A stretch of DNA of 64,000 nucleotides from Bacilli bacterium (GCA_017438635.1 JAFRUZ010000016.1:8627-72626); one strand, 5' to 3'; shown: positions 1-8,574, numbered from the stretch's first letter. The notes: generated from the sequence alone by a model not told the origin. Numbers and translations are program-made.

Positions 1-2350
1 TTACAAAATCATTCATAACATCTTCAAAAGATTCTTTATCCATCTTGCCATGTGCAAAATTAATACTTACATCAGGTAAAAGTTCACGAAACATATTAAC
101 TTTAATATCAATATCTTCCACACGATTATAAAGAATAAACACTTGTCCACCACGTGAAACCTCTTTATACACAATCTCACGAACAAGTTTCTTATCAAAC
201 GGTGTAACATAAGTAACAACAGATTTTCTGTTTTTCGGAGGTGTTTCAATTAAAGATAAATTCTTAATACCTAACACAGCCATTTGCAAAGTACGTGGTA
301 TTGGAGTAGCAGTAAGAGTAAGAACATCAATATTACTCTTCATTTCTTTAATTTTTTCCTTTTGAATGACTCCAAAACGTTGTTCTTCATCAACTACAAG
401 TAATCCTAAATCATGGAAAATTACATCATCACTAAGACCACGATGAGTAGCAAAAACAATATCTATTTCACCCTTTTTAAGCTTATCTAAAGTCTTTTTA
501 ATTGAAGAAGCACTTTCAAATCTATTCAAAATACCAATATTAATAGGATAATTCTTAAATCTATCAAGTGCAACATCATATTGTTGACGACATAAAAGAG
601 TTGTAGGACATAAATACAAAACTTGTTTATTATCAAAAACAGCCTTAAACATAGCCCTAAAAGCTACCTCTGTTTTCCCATATCCAACATCACCACACAA
701 AATACGATCCATTGGAACAATACTCTCCATATCCTCTTTTATCTCAATAGTAGCCTTTTCTTGATCAGCAGTAAAATCATATATAAACTCACTCTCAAAC
801 ATCTCTTGTAAAGCAGAATCCTTACTAAAAGCGAATCCTTTTTTAACCTTACGTTCAGCCTGAATACGTATAAGTCTCTCAGCTTCAATTCTAATTTTTT
901 CACGAATACGCATTTTAGCTTTAGTCCAAGAAGTACTACTAAGAGAGTTTATCGTAGGAACATACCCATCTTTACCATTATATTTACTAATAAGTTCAAT
1001 CTTAGAAGCAGGTATATATAATTTATCCCCTTTAGCATATAAAACCTCAAGATAATCACCAAAAATATCATTCTTTTTTAATACCTTGATACCATTATAA
1101 ACACCAATACCATGAAGACTATGTACAACATAATCACCAACCTCTAGTTTAGATAAATCACGTATCCTAGAGGTGTTCTTAAAATGGGCTTTTCTTCTAG
1201 TAACAGTCTTTCTTCCAAACAATTCATAATCAGTTAAAAACACATAATTATCCTTACAAAAACCTTCAGATAACCTTTTCTTAACAATATTAACCTTTCC
1301 CGGTAACACATTATCAAAATCAGTAAGAACATAAGAAAAATCAAGTTCTTCCAAAAATTTATTAATATTAACAGTATCAATACAGATAACAACTGTTTTA
1401 TTAGCAGAAATAGCATCATTTACATACTTATTTATTTCAGCAAAGTTTTCTCCAAAAAGAGGAACACTTTTAACCTTAAAATCTATAGTTTCACTTAAAT
1501 TAATATTTGCAATACTACTATCAAAATCAAAATAATACATCTTCTTTTTAGGATTAACTTCTAAAAAACTAAAATAAAATGAATCAAAATCATAATCAAG
1601 TTCCACACTGTCAGAAGCAATTTTTTCATAAGCAAACTTAATTTGTTCATAATCCTTAAAAATAACAACTGGATTATTTAAATAATCATATATTGAAAAA
1701 TTACCATTAGAAACTTCATTAAAAGGCAAAATAGTAATACTATCAACCTTAGTAGTAGACTTTTGACTATCTAAATCAAAATATCTAATAGATTCAACAT
1801 CATCACCAAAAAACTCAATTCTAATCGGATCTTCTGAATTAATAGGAAAAATATCAAGAACAAAACCACGCAAAGCAAAATCTCCCATTTTTTCAACCAT
1901 CGAAACCTTTTCATATCCAAATTCATCTAAATTACTAATAACATCGTCCCTAGAAAAACTAGAGCCAATTTTAAATAATAAAGACCTTTTATTAAAATCA
2001 GCAGCAGAAATAAGCCTTCTAGTAAAACCACGAGCATCAGTTAAAACAATTCTCTTCTTTTCCGAAGAAAGATCATTTAAAATATTAATTCTCTCAACCT
2101 TAAGCTCAGGACTAATAGAATTACCATCACTAAAACTAATCTCATCATCTTCAAATAAAATAACAGAATCATCAAAGAATTTATTATATAAAGATCTAGC
2201 CTCAAGTATATTTGGAGTAACAATTAAAACAGAATCATCGATTTCTCCAAACATTTTCTTAATTAAAGACACAAAAAAACCACCAGACAAATTAACTAGC
2301 CCCGTGTTATTTTTATATTTAAAATTGGTAACCTTATCAAAAACATTCAT
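1..2350 (-). CDS. mfd: Transcription-repair coupling factor Mfd, N-terminal ~783 codons (C-terminus lies beyond window start)
   Basis: Absent from the ORF track because it is open at the window edge. My minus-strand translation from ATG at 2350 reads MNVFDKVTNFKYKNN... without stops. It contains the CarD-like GDYVVHSLHGIGVYNG and the helicase motifs GDVGYGKTEVA and VVDEEQRFG. It follows pth, as in Bacillus. Confidence 0.9.
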   Translation of the reverse strand, partial: MNVFDKVTNFKYKNNTGLVNLSGGFFVSLIKKMFGEIDDSVLIVTPNILEARSLYNKFFDDSVILFEDDEISFSDGNSISPELKVERINILNDLSSEKKRIVLTDARGFTRRLISAADFNKRSLLFKIGSSFSRDDVISNLDEFGYEKVSMVEKMGDFALRGFVLDIFPINSEDPIRIEFFGDDVESIRYFDLDSQKSTTKVDSITILPFNEVSNGNFSIYDYLNNPVVIFKDYEQIKFAYEKIASDSVELDYDFDSFYFSFLEVNPKKKMYYFDFDSSIANINLSETIDFKVKSVPLFGENFAEINKYVNDAISANKTVVICIDTVNINKFLEELDFSYVLTDFDNVLPGKVNIVKKRLSEGFCKDNYVFLTDYELFGRKTVTRRKAHFKNTSRIRDLSKLEVGDYVVHSLHGIGVYNGIKVLKKNDIFGDYLEVLYAKGDKLYIPASKIELISKYNGKDGYVPTINSLSSTSWTKAKMRIREKIRIEAERLIRIQAERKVKKGFAFSKDSALQEMFESEFIYDFTADQEKATIEIKEDMESIVPMDRILCGDVGYGKTEVAFRAMFKAVFDNKQVLYLCPTTLLCRQQYDVALDRFKNYPINIGILNRFESASSIKKTLDKLKKGEIDIVFATHRGLSDDVIFHDLGLLVVDEEQRFGVIQKEKIKEMKSNIDVLTLTATPIPRTLQMAVLGIKNLSLIETPPKNRKSVVTYVTPFDKKLVREIVYKEVSRGGQVFILYNRVEDIDIKVNMFRELLPDVSINFAHGKMDKESFEDVMNDFV

Positions 2351-2447
2351 AAATATCACCTTGTTATGCTTCCTAAAAAGCAATTAAATTATACTAAAAA
2401 CTTTTAAAAAAAGCAAATTAAAAGTTATTAACAATTTGTGTTAATAA

Positions 2448-3002
2448 CTAATTATACTTACTCATTACTTTTTCAAAGTCTAACCTAATAAAATCATTTA
2501 AAATATCAACAGTCTTAGGCAAAAACTCATCTATACATTTAATATCATCTTTACTAAACTTACCCAAAACATAATCTTTAGTATCAATATCAGGATTATT
2601 AGAAATACCTATTCTAAATCTTCTGAATCTATTAGAGCCTAAAGAATCTTCAATATTTTGAAGACCATTATGTCCACCACTTGAACCAAATAATCTAAGT
2701 CTATAATCCAAAAAATCTAAATCAAGATCATCACTAATAACCAAAATATCAGAATAATCAACATCATAATAATTAGCAAAACTTTGAACTACCTCACCAG
2801 ATAAATTCATATAAGATTGAGGTTTAACAAGTAAAACCTTTTCACCATCAACAAATAAATCTGCATATAAACCATTGAATTTCTTCTTATCTATAGAAAC
2901 ACCCAATGATTTAGCAAAACTATCCAAAACAATAAATCCCATATTATGACGAGTATTTTCATATTCCTTACCAGGATTTCCCAATCCAATAATCAATTTC
3001 AT
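2448..3002 (-). CDS. pth: Peptidyl-tRNA hydrolase
   Basis: 184 aa; N-terminus MKLIIGLGNPGKEYENTRHNMGF and the GGHNGL motif are typical of Pth. Confidence 0.95.
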   Translation of the reverse strand: MKLIIGLGNPGKEYENTRHNMGFIVLDSFAKSLGVSIDKKKFNGLYADLFVDGEKVLLVKPQSYMNLSGEVVQSFANYYDVDYSDILVISDDLDLDFLDYRLRLFGSSGGHNGLQNIEDSLGSNRFRRFRIGISNNPDIDTKDYVLGKFSKDDIKCIDEFLPKTVDILNDFIRLDFEKVMSKYN

Positions 3003-3010
3003 AACATCAC

Positions 3011-3805
3011 CTATTTTCCTAAATCAACAGTAACCACCTTTGAATCACTCATTTCAAGTTTACATATTCTTTCAAAAATATCAACATATATAACCTTTCC
3101 CTCTTCTCCGTTATATACATACTTTGAACCAACCTTAGGTAGTCCCTTTTTATAAACATTATAATCCTCATTTTCATACGCTAAGCAACACATAAGTCTA
3201 CCACATACACCATTAATCTTTTGAGGATTCAAAGCTAAGTTTTGATTTTTAGCCATATTAATAGAAACACTATTTAAATCCCTTAAAAATACAGAACAAC
3301 ATAATTCTCTACCACATTGACCATATCCTCCAACAATCTTAGACTTATCCCTAACACCAATTTGTCTTAACTCAATACGTGTCTTATATATTGCAGCAAG
3401 TTTCTTAACAAGTTCCCTAAAATCAATACGTTCATCTGCTAAAAACGTAAATAATAACTGTTTTCTATCAAAAGTAAAAGAAGCATCAAGAATTTGCATA
3501 TCTAAACCAAGTTCTTCAGCAATAGAAACAGCCTTCTTCAACGCAGAAGCAGAATCCTTAATATTTTTCTCATTAGTAGAAATATCCTTCTTATCAGCAA
3601 TTCTAACAATATTCTTAAGTTCAGAGTTAAGTTTCTTTTCATCTACATCAATAACATCAGTCACAACAGTACCAAATTGTTCACCTTTTTCAGTGCTTGT
3701 AATAACAAAATCACCTTTATTAAGATCAAAATTACCTATTAAAAAATAATATATCTTTTTAGAACCATTAAAACTGATTCCAATAACCTTCTTCATATCA
3801 AACAC
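3011..3805 (-). CDS. ricT: PSP1-domain protein (YaaT/RicT-like, stage 0 sporulation / RNase Y regulator family)
   Basis: 264 aa with the Cys-rich signature CGRELCC...VSINMAKNQNLALNPQKINGVCGRLMCCLAYE; located next to holB, as in Bacillus. Confidence 0.85.
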   Translation of the reverse strand: MFDMKKVIGISFNGSKKIYYFLIGNFDLNKGDFVITSTEKGEQFGTVVTDVIDVDEKKLNSELKNIVRIADKKDISTNEKNIKDSASALKKAVSIAEELGLDMQILDASFTFDRKQLLFTFLADERIDFRELVKKLAAIYKTRIELRQIGVRDKSKIVGGYGQCGRELCCSVFLRDLNSVSINMAKNQNLALNPQKINGVCGRLMCCLAYENEDYNVYKKGLPKVGSKYVYNGEEGKVIYVDIFERICKLEMSDSKVVTVDLGK

Positions 3806-4688
3806 TTCCCATACTAATAATAAAATTATCTATGAAAAGATTAATATTAACATTAAACTTTAAATCATAAATAAACTTATCAATAATTTCCATTTTCCTT
3901 ATTATATCACGAGTTCCATTCATTTCAGCAAGTTTTTTAATATCTATATCAAAAGAACTACATTTAACATCTCTATTTAGTATATAACCAAGAGCATCAT
4001 AGTACAAATAGTATCCACAACAAAGAAATTCCCTAAAACAGTCCTTTAAATCATAAAAACTGTTATCAACTAAAACAGAAACGCCATTATTTTCAAAATC
4101 CATATAAATAGAATAAAACCTATTTACACAAGAATTAACAAATTCGTCATATCTAACATCAGACTCTCCATCATACAAAGACGTAAAAATTCCATCATAA
4201 ACCTTATCATCATTAATAAGACTAATAATTTGACAGCGAGATACAATAGTTGGAAGAACATTAACAGAAGTATCACAAAGCAAAATAGCAATTACATTAC
4301 CTTCAGGTTCCTCTAAAAACTTAAGTAAACTATTTGCAGCGCTTTTATTCATATTCTGAACATCACAAAGAATATATACTTGCCTATTATCATCAATAGA
4401 TTTCATAGAAAAATCATTTTTCAGTGAAACAATATCGTCCTTATTAATATATTCATTTTCACCTATAATTTTCAAGTTTTGGTAATTACAACTATCAACA
4501 GCATTACATATTTTCTCATCATAAACCCCATTACACAAGAAAAATTTAGCCAAATCAAGTGCTAAATTAAAAGAATATGAGACATTATTTGCCTCAATCA
4601 TATAAGCATGTGAAATACGGTTAATATCATTAATACGATTAAAATAATCATAAAAAATCTTTTGAGAATCCTTATATTTATCCAACAT
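3798..4688 (-). CDS. holB: DNA polymerase III delta-prime subunit
   Basis: 296 aa; clamp-loader motifs LLKFLEEPEGNVIAILLC and TIVSRCQII; overlaps the yaaT start by 8 nt. Confidence 0.8.
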   Translation of the reverse strand: MLDKYKDSQKIFYDYFNRINDINRISHAYMIEANNVSYSFNLALDLAKFFLCNGVYDEKICNAVDSCNYQNLKIIGENEYINKDDIVSLKNDFSMKSIDDNRQVYILCDVQNMNKSAANSLLKFLEEPEGNVIAILLCDTSVNVLPTIVSRCQIISLINDDKVYDGIFTSLYDGESDVRYDEFVNSCVNRFYSIYMDFENNGVSVLVDNSFYDLKDCFREFLCCGYYLYYDALGYILNRDVKCSSFDIDIKKLAEMNGTRDIIRKMEIIDKFIYDLKFNVNINLFIDNFIISMGSV

Positions 4689-4699
4689 ATAACCACCTA

Positions 4700-4885
4700 C
4701 TAAAAAAAGTAAAAATAAATAACAATAAGCATAATAAGACCTGGAATATCAAATAATCCTATAATCAAAATAGAAAAAAAATTAATAGGAATATAACAAT
4801 CCAAAACAACAGCCATTCTATTAAAAACATATATAATAAACGGTGCCAAGAAAAAAGATCTAACAATTCTTTTCAAAATAAACAC
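4700..4885 (-). CDS. Small membrane protein, BofA-like (pro-sigmaK processing inhibitor family)
   Basis: 61 aa with two hydrophobic segments. The YIPIN and GLFDIPGL motifs resemble the BofA HVPIN / GILGIPG motifs, and it sits immediately downstream of recR, as bofA does in Bacillus. It is shorter than B. subtilis BofA. Confidence 0.5.
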   Translation of the reverse strand: MFILKRIVRSFFLAPFIIYVFNRMAVVLDCYIPINFFSILIIGLFDIPGLIMLIVIYFYFF

Positions 4886-4911
4886 CCCAAAAAAAATATA
4901 TGATTTAAAAA

Positions 4912-5514
4912 CTAATCTAAAACCTCTTTTCTATTTTTAAGAGCAGATTCCAAAGTAAGAGAATCAATATAATCCATATCTGCTCCAACAGGAATACCAT
5001 TAGCAATTCTAGAAATAACAACATTACTGCCGTCTAAACATCTCTTAATATACATAACAGTAGTATCCGCCTCAATGCCGGATTTAGTTACAAAAATAAT
5101 TTCCTTAACATCATTTTTCTTTACTCTATCAAATAAACCATTCAAATCAATATCATCAGGTCCTATATCATCAAAAGGAGAAATAAGCCCCCCCAAAACA
5201 TGATAATAGCCAGAAAAACTACCAATCTTTTCCAGCAAAAAAACATCCTTAGAGTTTTCAACAACAATAAGTTCATCCTTATTACGACCCTTATCACTAC
5301 AGACAAAACACAGATCTTGATCAGTAATACAGTTACAAACATCACATTTTTTTATTTTCTTCTTAATATTGTTAACACTATTACCAAACATTTCCAAAGA
5401 ATCTTCATCAAAATCATTAATTAAAGAAAAAGCCATTCTTTCTGCAGATTTTTGCCCTACTCCAGGAAATCTTTTAAAACAATCAATTAATTCATTAATA
5501 CAATCTGGAAACAC
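4912..5514 (-). CDS. recR: Recombination protein RecR
   Basis: 200 aa with HhH (FPGVGQKSAERMAF), a C4 zinc finger (CDVCNC...CFVC) and a Toprim region. Confidence 0.95.
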   Translation of the reverse strand: MFPDCINELIDCFKRFPGVGQKSAERMAFSLINDFDEDSLEMFGNSVNNIKKKIKKCDVCNCITDQDLCFVCSDKGRNKDELIVVENSKDVFLLEKIGSFSGYYHVLGGLISPFDDIGPDDIDLNGLFDRVKKNDVKEIIFVTKSGIEADTTVMYIKRCLDGSNVVISRIANGIPVGADMDYIDSLTLESALKNRKEVLD

Positions 5515-5515
5515 A

Positions 5516-5818
5516 CTACATCAATCCATTCATCATACTAGAATATTTACTCATTTTTTGTTCAGTAGTCTTATCAACCTTATTAAAAGCATCATTAAGT
5601 GCCAAAACAATCATATCTTCAAGCATAGAAATATCATCATTAGCTAAATCCTTAGCGCCATCTAAAAACTTAATTTCAACAACCTCTTTAGTACCTTTAA
5701 CCTTAACAGATACCAAAGAACTAGCACCTTCAAAAACAGAATTATCAATCTCATTTTTAATACCTGTAATTTCCTTTTGCATTGCTTGTGCTTGTTTCAT
5801 TAAAGCTTGCATATTCAT
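5516..5818 (-). CDS. ybaB: Nucleoid-associated protein YbaB/EbfC
   Basis: 100 aa, MNMQALMKQAQAMQKEI...; conserved dnaX-ybaB-recR order. Confidence 0.9.
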   Translation of the reverse strand: MNMQALMKQAQAMQKEITGIKNEIDNSVFEGASSLVSVKVKGTKEVVEIKFLDGAKDLANDDISMLEDMIVLALNDAFNKVDKTTEQKMSKYSSMMNGLM

Positions 5819-5830
5819 AAAAATTCCTCC

Positions 5831-7453
5831 TTATCTTATCTCAACAATATCATTACCAAAAACATCTTTAGCTATCTTTAAAGCCTCAGAATCATCATCG
5901 GTAGATTCATCATCTATTATAACATTATTTTTCAAATCATGTTCCATATATTCATACTTTTTACCATTTTTAACATCAGAAACATACTTATCCCTAAGTT
6001 TATTCCACTCATCAGATAAAACAAAAACAATATTATAAGATTTACCCATAACCAAATTAAACAAAAGTTCAAGTTTAGTAATATTATTATTCCCATTATC
6101 AACAATAGAATCATAATCAGCAGAAAGAATAACATCTTCCTTTCCTACAACCTCAACATTAGAATCCAAAAAATAAGAAACCAAAGAAGAAAACTCCTTA
6201 TTATGAACATAATCATAAAAGCCTTTCCACTTATTAACAATATCATTTTTTAAATCCTTACTTGCCAAAGCAAAAGCATTATTAACAACAATATCAAAGT
6301 CATTACGGCGTTTAACAAACATTTGTTTTTCTTCAACAACAGTTTCATCTTTGCCAACTTCATCATCAGAAATAACTTTAGCTAACAAAGAAGTATCAGT
6401 AACAACCTCCTTCTCCTCAACAGTAGTAACATCAGAAAGAGAATTCATAATCTTAAGAATTTCAATTTCAAAAAACAACATAGGATTGTAAGAACTTCTA
6501 AGACCATTAAAAATAAAACTAACCCCATCAACAATCTTAATAAAATCAGCATTAGAAATAGATAAAGATTCAGAAACACTCAAAGATCTAACATAAGAAA
6601 GAAGTTGTTCAGTAATCAATTCAATACTCTTACCATAATTAACAAGCCTTTCAATAGAATCAAATACCTTTTTCCTATCAGAATTACAAATATCCACAAA
6701 AAGTTCAGCAATAATGTCATCATCAACAAGGCCTACAACATCATAAAACAATTCAGTATTAATAACATTAGAATATGAAAGTAGCTTATCAAGTAAACCA
6801 ATAGAATCACGCATTCCACCATTACAATAAGTAGCAATAAGACGTAAAGCCTCAGAATCAGCATCAATTCCTTCCTTAGAACAAATATTAGATAAACAAC
6901 TAACAATATCCTTAACACTAATACGTTTAAAATCATAACATTGACATCTAGAAATAATAGTTTCAGGAACCTTATTAATCTCAGTAGTGGCAAGAATAAA
7001 AATAACATGTTCAGGTGGTTCCTCTAAAGTTTTCAACAAAGCATTAAAAGCACTAGAAGAAAGCATATGAACTTCATCAATTATATAAACCTTATATTTA
7101 GAAACACTAGGCATCAAAACAACACTGTCACGAATAGACCTAATCTCATCGACACCATTATTTGAAGCAGCATCAATTTCAATAATATCAGGATTACTTC
7201 TATCATTAATAAGCAAACAACTATTACATTTATCGCAAGGATCAAACTTTTTTAGTTTTGAACAATTAACAATCTTAGCAAGAAGCTTAGCAACAGTAGT
7301 CTTACCAGTACCCCTTGGACCCGAAAACAAATAAGCATGCATAAATTTATTATTCAAAATAGAGTTTTTAACAATTTTAACAATATATTCTTGTCCATAA
7401 ATCTCATCCAATTTCTTAGGACGATATTTACGATACAAAGCAACATATTCCAT
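5831..7453 (-). CDS. dnaX: DNA polymerase III gamma/tau subunit
   Basis: AAA+ clamp-loader motifs GPRGTGKTT, DEVHMLS and SRCQ. I place the start at ATG 7453 (MEYVALYRKYRP), preceded by GGGAG. The track start at 7501 adds 16 unlikely residues that overlap the predicted -10 element. Confidence 0.9.
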   Translation of the reverse strand: MEYVALYRKYRPKKLDEIYGQEYIVKIVKNSILNNKFMHAYLFSGPRGTGKTTVAKLLAKIVNCSKLKKFDPCDKCNSCLLINDRSNPDIIEIDAASNNGVDEIRSIRDSVVLMPSVSKYKVYIIDEVHMLSSSAFNALLKTLEEPPEHVIFILATTEINKVPETIISRCQCYDFKRISVKDIVSCLSNICSKEGIDADSEALRLIATYCNGGMRDSIGLLDKLLSYSNVINTELFYDVVGLVDDDIIAELFVDICNSDRKKVFDSIERLVNYGKSIELITEQLLSYVRSLSVSESLSISNADFIKIVDGVSFIFNGLRSSYNPMLFFEIEILKIMNSLSDVTTVEEKEVVTDTSLLAKVISDDEVGKDETVVEEKQMFVKRRNDFDIVVNNAFALASKDLKNDIVNKWKGFYDYVHNKEFSSLVSYFLDSNVEVVGKEDVILSADYDSIVDNGNNNITKLELLFNLVMGKSYNIVFVLSDEWNKLRDKYVSDVKNGKKYEYMEHDLKNNVIIDDESTDDDSEALKIAKDVFGNDIVEIR

Positions 7454-7484
7454 ACCATCACACTCCCTACAAAAGATATAAAAT

Positions 7485-7493
7485 ATTATACCA
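7485..7493 (-). promoter_or_regulatory. Extended -10 element (TGGTATAAT) for dnaX
   Basis: The reverse complement of 7485-7493 reads TGGTATAAT, about 30 nt upstream of the dnaX ATG. Confidence 0.5.
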
Positions 7494-7545
7494 CAAGGCA
7501 CTAATTTATAAAATATGTTTTTATATAAAAAAACAAGAAATTATA

Positions 7546-7561
7546 TGTTTCACGTGAAACA
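7546..7561. promoter_or_regulatory. parS: parS site 1 (ParB/Spo0J centromere palindrome), perfect TGTTTCACGTGAAACA
   Basis: Exact 16-bp palindrome matching the Firmicute parS consensus TGTTNCACGTGAAACA; the palindrome extends to 7544-7563. Confidence 0.9.
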
Positions 7562-7576
7562 TAGTAAAAACACAAA

Positions 7577-7596
7577 ATTATTTCCCGGGAAATAAT
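7577..7596. promoter_or_regulatory. Noc-binding site (NBS) 1, ATTATTTCCCGGGAAATAAT
   Basis: Perfect 20-bp palindrome containing the B. subtilis NBS consensus (T)ATTTCCCGGGAAAT(A); identical to the copy at 8575-8594. Confidence 0.75.
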
Positions 7597-7731
7597 CAAA
7601 GTAAGAAAAATGTGCTTCCACAACATTTTTGCAAACAAGACACCCAAAAATGTAAAAAAATACAGACATGATTCAAAGAAAATACATAAATACAGTTAAC
7701 TTATTAACAATATAAACGTAAAAAAAATATA

Positions 7732-7747
7732 TGTTTCACGTGAAACA
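7732..7747. promoter_or_regulatory. parS: parS site 2, perfect
   Basis: TGTTTCACGTGAAACA; the palindrome extends to 24 bp (7728-7751). Confidence 0.9.
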
Positions 7748-7778
7748 TATACATCAAAACTAAACAAAACAAACAATA

Positions 7779-7794
7779 TGTTTCACGTGAAACA
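7779..7794. promoter_or_regulatory. parS: parS site 3, perfect
   Basis: TGTTTCACGTGAAACA, immediately downstream of the tadA stop codon (7796-7798). Confidence 0.9.
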
Positions 7795-7795
7795 T

Positions 7796-8233
7796 CTATT
7801 CCAATGTTTCACGTGAAACATCACCCCTAATATTCTTAAAAAAATTCTTTATAAGATTAGCATAATTATTATCATTAAGCTTTTCATAATTAATATTAGA
7901 AATATTAACATCCAAATTATCAGAATAATTAGATTCAAGTAAATAAACAACCTTTTTAATTCTTGATTCAGCAATTGCAGCCTCACACATCTTACATGGC
8001 TTTAAAGTAACATACATAATGCATTCATCCAAATACCAAGATCCAAGCTTCTTACATGCATCAATAATAGATAGAATTTCAGCATGATATACAGAAATAC
8101 CTAAAGTGTTTTTAACATTATGCGAAAAAGAAACAATCTTATCATTCATAACAATCACAGCGCCAACAGGAACATTTCCTTCATTATAAGCCTTTACTGC
8201 TTCATCAAAAGCTTTCTTCATATATTTATTCAT
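7796..8233 (-). CDS. tadA: tRNA-specific adenosine deaminase TadA
   Basis: CDA-fold zinc motifs HAE (VYHAEILSI) and PCKMC. Start placed at ATG 8233 (MNKYMKKAFDEA) behind the RBS AGAGGTGA. The track start at 8263 (MFHVKHRGDC) is simply parS site 5 read as codons. Confidence 0.9.
   Translation of the reverse strand: MNKYMKKAFDEAVKAYNEGNVPVGAVIVMNDKIVSFSHNVKNTLGISVYHAEILSIIDACKKLGSWYLDECIMYVTLKPCKMCEAAIAESRIKKVVYLLESNYSDNLDVNISNINYEKLNDNNYANLIKNFFKNIRGDVSRETLE
7805..7820. promoter_or_regulatory. parS: parS site 4, perfect, inside the last codons of tadA
   Basis: TGTTTCACGTGAAACA; read on the minus strand it encodes the C-terminal ..DVSRETLE of the tadA ORF. Confidence 0.9.
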
Positions 8234-8246
8234 ACAATCACCTCTA

Positions 8247-8262
8247 TGTTTCACGTGAAACA
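8247..8262. promoter_or_regulatory. parS: parS site 5, perfect, abutting the tadA ribosome-binding site
   Basis: TGTTTCACGTGAAACA; it ends 1 nt from the RBS complement at 8238-8245. Confidence 0.9.
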
Positions 8263-8312
8263 TATATATTCAAAACTTATTAACAATCATAAACTAAAAA
8301 ACAAATAAACAA

Positions 8313-8328
8313 TGTTTCACGTGAAACT
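8313..8328. promoter_or_regulatory. parS: parS site 6, 15/16 match (TGTTTCACGTGAAACT)
   Basis: One mismatch, at the last position. Confidence 0.8.
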
Positions 8329-8353
8329 ATAAAACAACAAAAATAGAATTGCA

Positions 8354-8369
8354 TGTTTCACGTGAAACA
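8354..8369. promoter_or_regulatory. parS: parS site 7, perfect
   Basis: TGTTTCACGTGAAACA, about 22 bp downstream of the SRP RNA 3' T-tract. Confidence 0.9.
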
Positions 8370-8390
8370 TATAGCATATCAATATAAACA

Positions 8391-8465
8391 AAAAGTGCAC
8401 ACACATAGAGGACCTTAAGGCTGCTATCTTCCGATCCTGACCTAGTTCAATCATATGTGTTGCAC
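8391..8465 (-). ncRNA. ffs: Signal recognition particle RNA, short (4.5S-like) form, ~75 nt
   Basis: The minus strand reads GTGCAACACATATGATTGAACTAGGTCAGGATCGGAAGATAGCAGCCTTAAGGTCCTCTATGTGTGTGCAC followed by TTTTT. The core AGGTCAGGATCGGAAGATAGCAGCC matches the universal SRP helix-8 motif (GGUCAGGUCCGGAAGGAAGCAGCC, GGAA tetraloop). The ends pair into a long closing helix, and a promoter lies directly upstream. The tadA-ffs-dnaX neighbourhood is conserved in Bacillus. Confidence 0.75.
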
Positions 8466-8471
8466 GAATTA

Positions 8472-8500
8472 ATAATACAATAAAGTACAAATAAAGTCAA
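8472..8500 (-). promoter_or_regulatory. Promoter of ffs (TTGACT - 17 nt - TATTAT)
   Basis: Reverse complement: -35 TTGACT (8495-8500), 17-nt spacer, -10 TATTAT (8472-8477), 6 nt before the first G of the SRP closing helix. Confidence 0.6.
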
Positions 8501-8509
8501 TACTCCCAA

Positions 8510-8525
8510 TGTTTCACGTGAAACA
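8510..8525. promoter_or_regulatory. parS: parS site 8, perfect
   Basis: TGTTTCACGTGAAACA, 10 bp upstream of the ffs -35 element. Confidence 0.9.
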
Positions 8526-8574
8526 TATACTTTTCTTCTAAAAAGTGCTCTCGTAATACATTTTTAAGAATCAT

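Noticed and set aside
7454-7501. 16-codon N-terminal extension of dnaX (MPCGIIFYIFCRECDG).
   Set aside because: The extension overlaps the predicted extended -10 element and has no RBS, whereas ATG 7453 has GGGAG upstream and gives the canonical MEYVALYRKYRP start.
7796-8263. The track ORF for tadA begins MFHVKHRGDC and ends ..DVSRETLE; these could be taken as real N- and C-terminal peptides.
   Set aside because: Both peptides are simply the parS palindrome read as codons (ATGTTTCACGTGAAACAT = M F H V K H; the reverse reading gives VSRET). A better start (ATG 8233) with RBS AGAGGTGA gives a normal TadA N-terminus. The C-terminal overlap with parS4 is real but incidental.
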